From NCBI RefSeq assembly GCF_000400465.1, contig NW_008806291.1, positions 90,001-122,000 of the forward strand: a DNA stretch of 32,000 bases. The letters are read 5' to 3'. This stretch comes from Wallemia ichthyophaga EXF-994 (Eukaryota; Fungi; Basidiomycota). The notes below the pieces were generated by a model that saw nothing but the letters and a program-made list of their open reading frames with translations, had not been told where the DNA came from and searched no databases. The translations under genes and the position numbers were made by a program. Numbering within the stretch: position 1 is the first letter of the stretch; the number at the start of each line of letters is the position of its first letter. Below are positions 1-10,504 of the stretch, in pieces.

Positions 1-228
1 GATCAACTGATTCCAAGTTGATTCAAAAGCGATACAGTGACTGCAAGTTGGCGTATAATGTTCGATTAACCTGCAAATAAGCGTGAGTTTGAGCTCCTAT
101 GACTGTAATGCCGCCAACCAAGTTCCCGATGATATCGATTGGTGGAAATTTGAAGAATCGAGTTGCGCTGATGTCGCAGCCAGAGCAATCGCAGCGAATG
201 AAAATATTGCAGTAATTTTAAGCAACAT
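1..228 (-). CDS. Secreted thioredoxin-domain protein (PDI family, Eps1-like), 5' part only; exons 228-119, 70-<1
   Basis: ATG at 228 gives signal peptide MLLKITAIFSFAAIALA. After a 48-nt GT..AG intron (118-71) it reads GTWLIEHYTPTCSHCIAFESTWNQL, a thioredoxin CxxC (CSHC) motif. Not in the ORF track because it is spliced. Confidence 0.8.
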
Positions 229-302
229 ATTGAAGTGGTTACAGACAACGTCGACGACGATCTTCTAGGCTATAACAAATAAAATAATAAAATAACAAAA
301 AA

Positions 303-2826
303 ATGGATGATCTGCTTAAATCTTTGAACGCTCTTGGTGTAGATCCACCCACGGATTCTCAAATTCCAGATCTACTCAACCCAGAGGAACATGCAACGCT
401 AGCTAAAGTTTTAGCAGGATCTGCAGATGATCTCATTCAAGGTGCTGTATTATCGTTGTTAGAGAATTACTTGAGATCGCTTAAGAAGATTGAAGATGAT
501 CATAACGTGAGTGTTTTCTCCCAGAACACGCATTTCCTTATAAAAAATCCTTCAGAAATCTATTAATGCTCCAGTGAAGAACGTTAAGATTGTTCCTCGC
601 AAAGCTCTTCTCATTCGTGGCGCTAAAGAGCGTGAAAGGGTTCTAAGGGATAGAGAAGCAGGCGTTGGTTTCATCAGACAGAGCCAAGTATTTGATAATA
701 ACGTTATTCCTGCGTCTAAAACTCCAATTGAAGACTTGGAATACATGCAACTCAAAGACCTTCAATTCCCTCACAGACATTCCGGCAAGTTTGTGATTGT
801 CAGAGTCATCAGCAATCCTAACACTTTGTTCGATTTACATGCAATTGTCGATGATAAGGAAGGAAATGGCATTCCTCTCACTTTATCTCACTACACACCT
901 TCTCCTACTGCTCCATCCGATGCTATCTTGCCTTATGGCTCTACACTTTTGATAAAAGAACCATACGTTACCAAAAATGGTATATTCGTTCCAGCTAAAT
1001 CTGATACGCGCCTGTTGTCGGATTCAGACAATCTAATCAATGATGTCCAGTGGTTTTACCCTCTCGAGCAACCCTCTGATAATAAGGAAGTAGATCAACT
1101 GATGGCGCAAGCGAACAATGATGATAATGACTTATGGGACATTATACATGATCTCAATCAAGTGCTTTCTGTGAATCCTTTGTCATATGAGGCTAAAATT
1201 CGCCTCAGTGATGTCTACTTTGGTGTTCATAAACTTGGTTCTGCTTATAGAACTTCAGCTGAGGCGCTAAAACTCGCAAGAGATAATCAGCAAAAGAGCA
1301 GAGCATTTTTAAACCAAGCTAGGGCAGCTTATGATATGCGCTTGTTTAAAGAAGCAGAAAATTTAATTAAAGGAGTTCAAGATCCAGAATTGCAAGGAGA
1401 AGTGAGGAGAGTAAATGAATTAATTAAAAAGAGGCGACTGGAACGTGATGAAGGGGAATTTGACGTGACCGAGCTGTTCAAGGAAAAGCAACGTTATATT
1501 GCTCCAAGACTTGATGTCGCTGATTATATTGGTCCTATTGAAGTAAAGGATATAGATGGTAGAGGTAGAGGGGTCTTGGCTACGCAAGACGTCGAGCCTG
1601 GAACGTTGATGCTCGTAGGAAAGGCAGTAGGCACAGCATATCCATCTGACGCGGATAGAAGAAATTCTAAAGAGCACACGACAATAATGGAGCTTAACTA
1701 CTCTCACAAGACACTTCATGGTACCGCACAAGTGTTAGCTAGAACGCGTATAAGTCATGCCATAGAAGATATGCCATTCTTAGCTAAACGCGTGTTGGGA
1801 TTGTGCGGATCACCAACCGAGCCGCTTTTGACAGAGTATCTTAGAGAAGGATTTCCACTTACAGTTGATGAAGATGAAGCAGTAGAAATGCTCGACAAAG
1901 AAGGAAAATTACCTGTGATTGATGTTGATCCGAGAAGAGTTGGAAGTGTTTTAAAGTATAACGCATTCGGACATGCAAGTATAGCAGGTGCAGAGACACC
2001 ATGTATGCTTCACTCACTTCCTGCTATAATAAATCACTCATGCGTACCCAATGTGGCTTCAATTCACCTTGGTGATGTAATAATGTCTAGAGCATTGACG
2101 CCACTAAGAAAGGGACAAGAGTTACTTCACTCGTATGTTCCTGGAACAGGCGGTGGTAGTTCAGTTCCACCATCACAGCAAGAGAGAAGAGGAGAGCTGA
2201 GAAAGCACGGATTTACATGTCAATGTGAATTATGCTCACTAGATGATATTGATGGTGAAGAGAAATTGAAGGAGCGTGGACTTATGTTAGCTGATGTTTG
2301 GCCTCGTCTTGCTGACAGAGCTAGGGTATTGGAGAGAGCAAAAACGGAAGATGAAAAATTCAACGCGGAATTAGACCGACTTTTGAAAGAATTAGAGGAG
2401 TTTGTGGCAAGTTTGGAAAGTACATTTAGTGATAAGCGCCCTTATGAGTTGAAGCCGGAACTTGCAATTGTAAGGCGTACGCTTGCTCAATTGACATCTA
2501 GAAGAGATGTGCAGAAGGCAATTGAGGTGAGTGATTTGCCATGGGTAATGCGTTTTGCTGACAAGTTGTAGAATGAGCTTTTATCACTTTCAGGACTTGG
2601 AGCAATACTCAACGAGACACACGACAAATCAAGTGATAGAAAGAAGTTCAAGCAATTACCTCGACTTCAACCAGATAGTGCAATACTTTCAATGTTAGAT
2701 ATTGTAGAGTTATTGAAAGGGGTGGATGAAGAAGGTTCTAAGAGTTGGTTTGAAAGTACGAAATGGGCACATGATGTTTTAGTTGGTGGAGGAGAAGCAG
2801 GATTTTATGCGCGTATAAATCAGTAG
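303..2826 (+). CDS. TPR + SET-domain (SMYD/Set5-like) putative lysine methyltransferase; exons 303-506, 556-2526, 2572-2826
   Basis: SET motifs GRGRGVLATQDVEPG, AIINHSCVPN, ELLHSY and post-SET CQCELC, preceded by TPR-like helices. Introns 507-555 and 2527-2571 (GTGAGT..AG) join the ORFs in frame. Confidence 0.85.
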
Positions 2827-2849
2827 ATAATAATATTTTATGAATATAA

Positions 2850-3542
2850 TTAGAAACCAAGTTTATGCTTCTGAATGCCTGACCAGATAGATAAGACAAG
2901 TAGAATAGCAGCAGTGTCTACAAATATCAATCTGACGGGCAAAGGAGCTTGAGTGGATGACCAAGTAGAGTGACCAGCACCTAAAGTAGCAGTTATAGCT
3001 AAGAGAGGGAGCAAGACGAAGTAACCGGACAATCTGTGGTATTTGTATAGGGATTTAGGGAGAATAGGAGAATCTTTTGAGGGGATAGTGAAGGCAATAC
3101 CAACAGAGGCTTGAAGGATCAGGAAAGAGAGAGAGATTAAGCCGAAAGTAGAGTGCCAAGTGGTGAAGTGTGGGGCAGAGTGTGAAAATTTGTTATAAAA
3201 CATAGCGGATGAGCCAATGAGGAAGAAAGGTAAGCTGAAATAGGAGATAAACTTTCTGTGTTTATCGAAAGCTTTTAACTTTGAATTACCAGATGACGTA
3301 GGTTGCAAAGATAGGATTGATAGCACGATTAGAGAAATGGCGATACATTGAAAGATAGGATGGAGGGTGAAGGGCGAGAAAAAGTTACCAGAGTTTAAAA
3401 TCATGAGTATTGGAGTTGATATTAGGCTGAGGAGTGATATAACAGCTACGTGTTTACTGTATTGAGTAAATAAACCATTTTGATTAGATGAATCTGAATT
3501 GGTGTTGTTGAGTAATGGTGAAGTAGCGTCTGAATTTGACAT
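2850..3542 (-). CDS. Cytochrome b561-domain membrane protein
   Basis: Multiple TM helices with heme-ligating His motifs FTLHP, DKHRK, TTWHSTFG, KYHRLSGY. First ATG is at 3542. Confidence 0.8.
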   Translation of the reverse strand: MSNSDATSPLLNNTNSDSSNQNGLFTQYSKHVAVISLLSLISTPILMILNSGNFFSPFTLHPIFQCIAISLIVLSILSLQPTSSGNSKLKAFDKHRKFISYFSLPFFLIGSSAMFYNKFSHSAPHFTTWHSTFGLISLSFLILQASVGIAFTIPSKDSPILPKSLYKYHRLSGYFVLLPLLAITATLGAGHSTWSSTQAPLPVRLIFVDTAAILLVLSIWSGIQKHKLGF

Positions 3543-3562
3543 GGGGATGATTGTACTAAACA

Positions 3563-4102
3563 ATGAAGATATTGTGGCCAATTGGGTTGCTTGGATTAGT
3601 CAGTGCGATTTACATGCCAATAGAGTATAAATTCAGTAGAATATACAATAAACCAATCGAAACAACGAATAAACCAAAGTTGACGGATCTTCTAACATTA
3701 CAACATGGATCTATCTTCTATGATTATATTCGATCAGTTGAGGATATTGTGAGTAAAAAGCGTATTAACAAACGGTTCTAATACGTTAAATAGGATTTAT
3801 TACTTAATAATCCTTCTAGCCATATATTAGTTTTATCACCAACTAATAAGGCTATTATTAATCTAAATCAAAGACCTCACCAGATGGGTTATCCAGGTAA
3901 TTTAGAGAATTGGTTGAAATCTCATTTAATCACTTCAAAGTATTTGGATTTTGATAGCAATTACAAATCAATCAATAATCTAAACGATATCAAGCTGAGT
4001 AAAGTGGGTAATAATTATTACGTTAATGAAATCAAAGTACTTGAAATTGAAAAAGCTGCTAATGGTTTCTTATTGATTATTGATGATTGTATTTCTATTT
4101 GA
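3563..4102 (+). CDS. Small secreted FAS1 (fasciclin)-domain protein; exons 3563-3748, 3794-4102
   Basis: Signal peptide MKILWPIGLLGLVSA. A 45-nt intron (3749-3793) joins two ORFs to give SIFYDYIRSVEDI-DLLLNNPSSHILVLSPTNKAIINLNQRPHQ, matching the fungal FAS1 H1 pattern (xVLAPTNxAxxxLxxKPH). Confidence 0.7.
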
Positions 4103-4105
4103 TAA

Positions 4106-4121
4106 ACGCGTTGTTACGCGT
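4106..4121. promoter_or_regulatory. Tandem MCB-type (ACGCGT) boxes immediately upstream of BRCA2/Brh2
   Basis: ACGCGT at 4106-4111 and 4116-4121, inside the 27-bp gap before the ATG at 4130. MCB is the established G1/S element of fungal DNA replication and repair genes. Confidence 0.5.
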
Positions 4122-4129
4122 GCACGCTC

Positions 4130-6734
4130 ATGTCGAATCAGTTGAATTGTAGGTAAATTGAGAAATTTCAATTTGATTCGTTGGAATTAATATTCCAATA
4201 GATACGAGTACGTTGATAGTCGTGAGCACACTCATACTCACCTACAACCCCCAATAGACTCTGGTATATTTGAAGGTATCAACTTTGATAACGACCTATT
4301 AAGCTCACCTTCACCAACTCTAAAAAGATCAATCTCAAAGATTGATAACGATGACGTAAATCAGTTTAATCCAGACGATATCATTCAAGATACTCCTCCT
4401 CAATCACCTACGACTGATCACTTTGTTGGTTTCACAAGTGGATGTGGAATTCCTATTCAACCTCCTTCAAATGATGGTTTCAAAAGAGCTGCTAAATTGT
4501 TGGACGCTGATGTCTCTGAGGACAATCACCTAACTGAAACTCATAATTCACGCGTTGATGCTTTAAATAATCTATCAAATCATTATAACGATTATAATGA
4601 TGATATTGATCATGTTGATAATAGTGATCCACAACATCTCAATAATCCTGGTTTCATCGGCTTCGTCACTGCTGCAGGTGCACCAATGCCTATTCCTTCT
4701 CAGCACGCAATTGATAACGCTAAATCAAAGTACAACCATAAACCAGTAGATTCTAACAATAACCTTCAATTATCAACACCATATCATTTGGAAAATTCTC
4801 TCGAATCTGATCATTTTACACCTTCTAAGCGAAGCAATACTCCTTTACAACCTCTGCAACCATTACAACTACTCAACAAGCATATTGTCAAAAATCAACA
4901 CTCAACCCCTTTCAAATCACCCTTAATCAACTCTAATAGTCATCTCGATAATAATGTAACTCCCAAATCATCCAAACCTAGACTAAGTCTTGGTATAACA
5001 TCTAACAAACCCCCAAAGAGACAAAAGTTCGTTACTCCATTTAAACAAGGTGTCATCCCTTCGACAAAAATAGGTGCATCTACAAACAAACCTTTCAATA
5101 ACAATCAACCCATCAAACATAAAGCTAAAAATCGCGTATTTAACTTGAAATCTTCTTCTGAGCGAAAGTCTATGTCTGATTACGGTGTTAGACCATGGGG
5201 TTACACCCTAGCTTACCTCAGAGCTGTCAATATGTAAGTCCTCGTCAAACCTCACTTTAAGATTAACAAATCATCAGTCCTCAAATAGTCCTACAAATGA
5301 ATTGTCAATCGGCTCAAGACTTTGCCTTTACATCCAACCATACCTCAACAAATGCATTCCAAGATATGAAGAATCGAGGATGTACATCTATTAATTTGCG
5401 CTGGGTCAAAAATCATTGGAAGTTCATTATTACCAAATTATCTGCAATTATCAGAAGCTGTCCCTCTGAGATGACTAGATGGTCTTACCAAGAGGTTTTG
5501 GGACAACTATTATACAGATACCAACGTGAAATTAATCTTGCTGAGCGTTCTGCTGTTAAGAGAATTCAGGAACATGATTCATCTTCTAGTCGTCCGATGA
5601 TACTTTTTGTTTCACAAATTTTGGACGAAAAGATGATTGAACTTAGTGATGGATGGTATCCAATATATACTCAAATCGATAGCTGCCTTAGCAGAGCTGT
5701 AAAGAGAAATAAAATCAAAGTAGGAGCAAAGATATCAATTATAGGCGCAAAGGTGAGTTGTACTGCGCCATTATATACAACCTTTAACTTACTTGACTGT
5801 TTAGTTAAATAGTGGCTATGAAGGTACTGATGTCCTAGACGCAGTTGGTCTTTCTAATCTTAGTATATCCGGTAATTCAACTTCACTTGCTCGCTGGGAT
5901 GACAAATTAGGGTTTCAACCACCTCTTACAGGCTTTATATCAAACCTTTCCAGTTTATCGCCGGATGGAGGTATTATAGCGTTATTAGACGTTGTTGTTA
6001 CCAGTGTTTTTCCTCTCGCTTATATGGACATGGAACATAATTTTGGTGATAGCGCCTGGAATCAAGTGGAAGAAAATAAACGTTTACAAGATGAACAGGT
6101 AAGATATTTATATATTTTCAATTTATTATTGACCATGGAGATAGAATCGAATTAATATAGATTCTGAGGCTGAATCATACAAGCGTAACAAAGAAATAGA
6201 GTTTATCGAGGACATTTTAATCAGGCTTAACGACGCCACAACCGATGCGACTAAAGACGAGGGTGGAGCTGACGATGGTAGGTGATCGTTGCATAGTCGA
6301 TGATAAGCTCACCGATAAAAGTTGACGTGGACGATGAATTGGATAATATTATTGCAATGACAGAAAGCAAGCATCGCATACAAAAGATAAAATCCTTGAG
6401 TGGATCAGTGGCAGCTAAGTTAGCTCTAGCAGCCAGGGACAGAATGACGAATCTGAGGAAAGAAGCAGGTAATATCAAGGTGGAAAAGCGTAAAATACGA
6501 AACTTTAGAATAATCAGAGTAGAAGATCATAATAGGGGGAGTAAAAAGGATAGAATAAGTGCCCAGTTACACGTCTGGGATGCTATTACGATCAATGAAG
6601 AATTCAAGCAAGGTGATAGGTTCAAGGTAACAAATTGCAATCCGAGTAAGGTCAAGTCATGGCCAACAAAGGGGGAGAATAGGGAAATATATATTTCAAC
6701 AAGGAGGAACAGTAGATTTTATAGTGTAAATTAA
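4130..6734 (+). CDS. BRCA2: BRCA2 orthologue (Brh2-like); exons 4130-4152, 4202-5233, 5278-5752, 5805-6098, 6145-6277, 6322-6734
   Basis: Two BRC-like repeats, helical domain (WVKNHWKFI..; LLYRYQREIN..ERSAVKRI) and OB1 (MILFVS..ELSDGWY..; ISGNSTSLARWDDKLGF), followed by further OB-like folds. Five 44-52 nt introns keep the frame. Confidence 0.9.
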
Positions 6735-6743
6735 GAAGGAAGA

Positions 6744-7250
6744 TCAAGGAGACCAATTAATCTGACCGACTCTAAGCCTTGTATATGGTTGCTTGTAAGG
6801 GATAGCGCGTTTATAACCTTTACGCTTCTTGAATTTGATTTTGTGTTGGAGTTTACCTCTAGTGTGTTCAACGACGGTGAGTGGGATGGATAAGTCGTGA
6901 ATGAAGGGAGCACCGTTTAAAGTGTAGTCTCTACTACCAAGTTGAGAAATCTGGTTAAAGCTTAGTACAGATCCTAGTGGTTGTTGTAGCCTTGGTAGAG
7001 TGAGAAGATCGCCTGGAGTGAGTAGATAAGATCTATCGTAGATTTTACCCATAAAGAAATGCTTTGATTGAGATTTAATCAAAGCTAGAGCATCTCTTGT
7101 AGAATTTGGCTTTATCGATTGAAATGCATCTGTTGCAATTGACCGATTCGAAGGTTTAGCTGGGTGATTATTAGTCTACGCAATCAACGCGGCCAATAAA
7201 AAACACCAATCCTTACAAATTAAATTAAAAATTCTCTTCGAACTCAACAT
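6744..7250 (-). CDS. MRPL49: Mitochondrial ribosomal protein bL21m; exons 7250-7217, 7159-6744
   Basis: L21 motifs (YLLTPGDLLTLPRL, LGSRDYTLNGAP, VVEHTRG, KFKKRKGYKR..KQPYTRLRV) and a presequence-like N-terminus after splicing a 57-nt intron. Confidence 0.85.
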
Positions 7251-7282
7251 GAGATGAATGTTTCTCTTGAAAACATTCGACC

Positions 7283-8117
7283 ATGAGTGAGTCGCGTTTT
7301 TACCTTAAATTATCAAATAAATAATTCTTAGTAGATGATCTAACAACCGGTTCCGAGGATTCTTTCTCAAATAGCTGGATTTCTTGGTTCTTATCGACCA
7401 AGGTTCGTTTCTTTATCTTTATTTTCTATTTCTCCTTATACCCTCTAGGGTAATGAATACTTCTGCGAAGTCGATGAGGAATATATCCTAGATAGATTCA
7501 ACTTGACTGGCTTGAACAATGACGTTCAAAATTATTCTCAGGCTTTGGAATTGATTACTGATAATTTGGATGATGAAGATTTAGATGATGAGCAAAGGGA
7601 TGCTATCGAGAACAGCGCCAGATATCTTTACGGCTTAATTCATGCGAGATACATCATTACCTCTCGCGGTCTAGCTAAAATGTTGGACAAACATAAAAGA
7701 GCCGACTTTGGTAGATGTCCCAGAGTTTTCTGCACATCTCAGTCTTTATTACCCGTCGGTTTAAGTGATGTCCCCTACACCAAAGCTGTTAAACTTTTTT
7801 GTCCAAGATGTGAAGATCTTTACTCACCAAAATCAAGTCGTCATGGATCAATTGATGGTGCTTATTTTGGTACAACATTCCCGCATATGCTATTCCTCGT
7901 TTATCCTCAACAATTACCTTCAAAGACTTCAAATAACCTGCCGACTTCAAAACCTGCTACGTCAACAGATGCTGCTATCGGTGTTGAAAGGTATTTGCCA
8001 AAGATATTCGGTTTCCCCGTACATGAAATGTCTAAGCTCGCGAGATGGCAAGAAGCTCAAAGGGATTTACAGATATCAAGGTTGAAACAAAGTTCCAGTG
8101 ATCCCTCTTATGTTTGA
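7283..8117 (+). CDS. CKB1: Casein kinase II regulatory (beta) subunit; exons 7283-7286, 7332-7402, 7449-8117
   Basis: [47 protein letters not shown]/CPRC zinc finger, IDGAYFGTTFPHM. Confidence 0.95.
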
Positions 8118-8184
8118 ATTGATAATTCTCTGTCAATGTATTATAATAATTTACTTTTTTACATAAATATAACCAATTAAACAA

Positions 8185-8736
8185 TCAAACCTCGTCTGTC
8201 ATAATTGAGAAGAATTCTTGCTGGTTAATGGCACCATCTTGATCTAAATCGAATTCATCAATCATAGCCTGTAATTCCTCTTCATCTAGAGGTTCACCAA
8301 GCTCTTTAGCGACGCGTCTTAATGACGTTAAAGTAATTTTACCCGTGCCATGCTCATCAAACAAACTGAATGCTTTACGTATCTCTTCCGATGGATCTCG
8401 TGAGACGATCTTGTCTGTCATAATTTTAAAAAAGTCTTCGTATTCCATCAAACCGTCTCCCCTTCTATCGTGATCACGTAGTAATTTCAATACTTCAGGT
8501 TTCTTCAAATCGAAACCTAAGGCTCTAAATGAAACTTTTAATTCGTGATAATCGATTGAGCCATCTTTGTCTGTATCGAATAAATCAAAAGCTTCCTTTA
8601 TCTCTTGACGCTGATCATCCGTTAAGCTGTTTACTGGTGAAGGATGTACGTTATTTGAAGGCGTTAAAATTGAGGAAGAGTTTGTTGGATTGTTTGTAGA
8701 TTTTCTCCTCGATTTTGAAGATGCGTATAATGACAT
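8185..8736 (-). CDS. CDC31: Centrin (EF-hand spindle pole body protein)
   Basis: [32 protein letters not shown] ... [18 protein letters not shown]; four EF-hands; intronless. Confidence 0.95.
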   Translation of the reverse strand: MSLYASSKSRRKSTNNPTNSSSILTPSNNVHPSPVNSLTDDQRQEIKEAFDLFDTDKDGSIDYHELKVSFRALGFDLKKPEVLKLLRDHDRRGDGLMEYEDFFKIMTDKIVSRDPSEEIRKAFSLFDEHGTGKITLTSLRRVAKELGEPLDEEELQAMIDEFDLDQDGAINQQEFFSIMTDEV

Positions 8737-8751
8737 TTTTTATTTTTTATT

Positions 8752-8757
8752 ACGCGT
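8752..8757. promoter_or_regulatory. Single MCB-type box upstream of centrin
   Basis: ACGCGT 15 bp upstream of the centrin ATG, in the 77-bp divergent spacer. Confidence 0.3.
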
Positions 8758-8813
8758 CTTACTCTCTCACTGTCCTGTGATAAGAGCGACTCGGTTAAAT
8801 TAATTCATTCACC

Positions 8814-10461
8814 ATGAAATTAAAATTATTGTCACTAACGAATCTGGCTTTGTCGGCTTACGCTTTGCCCTCCTACGCTGATGGCTTATCCGCTTTCACC
8901 TCGTTCAACTTGGATAAAGGCATTTCCTCAATCCAATCCTCAATTGAATCATCTTTACAATCGTTTGGTTTAAACTTGTTCAATAACCACGATAAGCCCC
9001 TCGTTCTGTCTCATGATCAGTTCCCAAACCATCAAATTAGGTTGCATCATCCTACCTTGTGCGATTCCGGCGTCAAACAGTATTCTGGTTATATCGATAT
9101 CTCTGATTCAAAATCTTTGTTCTTTTGGTTCTTTGAGTCTCGCGCTGATCCTTCATCTGATCCTTTGGTTATGTGGTTGAACGGTGGCCCTGGTTGCTCC
9201 TCCTCCACTGGTCTTTTGACTGAACTTGGTCCTTGCAACATCGCTAATGACGGTCAATCAACTACTTACAATGACTACTCTTGGAACAACAACGCTAACT
9301 TGCTCTTCCTTGATCAGCCTATCAACGTTGGTTACTCTTATTCCGATTCTGATAATGTTAATACTACTCCTGCCGCCGCTGATGATGTCTACGCCTTCCT
9401 CCAGATCTTCTTTAAACACTATTCTTCATATGCCCACCTTCCTTTCTCTATCGCTGCTGAATCATACGGTGGTCGTTATGCTCCACTTATCGCTGACGTT
9501 ATCAACAATCATAATCAAATTGACAAGAGTCTTTATAGAATCAATGGCTCTTTTGATGACTTTAAACACATCAACTTGAAGTCTATCTTATTGGGTAATG
9601 GTTTAACCAATCCAAAAGTTCAATTCCCTTCTGTTTATGATTACGCCTGTCATGGCCCATATCAAATCTTCGAACCAAACGGATCCGAGTGCGCCAATCT
9701 TAAATCGAAAGCACATACCTGTGAAACTCTGATTGATACTTGCTACAAAACAGATAGTCGCTTTACTTGCTTACCTGCTGCTTTATACTGCTGTCGGTCA
9801 TCTTTTTTATTTTCTTATCTGTCTAATTCTAATCATAGGGTCTGGAATGTACGGCGCTTTCCAACAACTTGGCTTAAATCCTTATGATGTTCGTCAATCT
9901 TGTGATCGTGAGAAAGATGGTGATTTGTGCTACAAAGTTAGTTTCATAATATTCGAATTACTCTCACCCTGACATTTACAGGAAATGGACTGGATTCAAA
10001 CTTATTTAAACAAACCAGAAGTCAAAAAGCAACTTGGCGTTCCAAAATATATCGAGTTTCAGTCCTGCAACTTTGACGTAAACAGATCATTTATGGGCCA
10101 AGGAGATTCAATGCACAATTCAGCTGATCCTGCTATACCAAATCTCTTGGATTCTGGTGTTAGTGTTTTAATCTATGCTGGAAAAGCTGATTTCATGTGT
10201 AATTACATTGGAAACAAGCAATGGGTAGAACAGCTTTCTCATCCGCTTGGAAAAGAGATTGCCCAATCTGATGATAACGAGTGGTATTTCAATGGCAGAA
10301 AGGCCGCTTCGTACAAGTCAGCAAAACAAAGTGAAGCTCATCTTACATTCCTTGAAATTGAAGAAGCAAGCCATATGGTTCCAATGTCACAACCAGAGTT
10401 TTCCATCAATTTCTTCAACCAATGGATATTTGATCAATCTTTCAATAGCACTGGCATTTGA
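8814..10461 (+). CDS. PRC1: Serine carboxypeptidase S10 (carboxypeptidase Y-like); exons 8814-9792, 9839-9936, 9982-10461
   Basis: Signal peptide and propeptide, WLNGGPGCSS, catalytic AESYGG (Ser), GKADFMCN (Asp), ASHMVP (His). Introns 9793-9838 and 9937-9981. Confidence 0.93.
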
Positions 10462-10504
10462 ATTTGTTCACAAACTTGCAATGTATATTAAAGTTTGACC
10501 TTAC

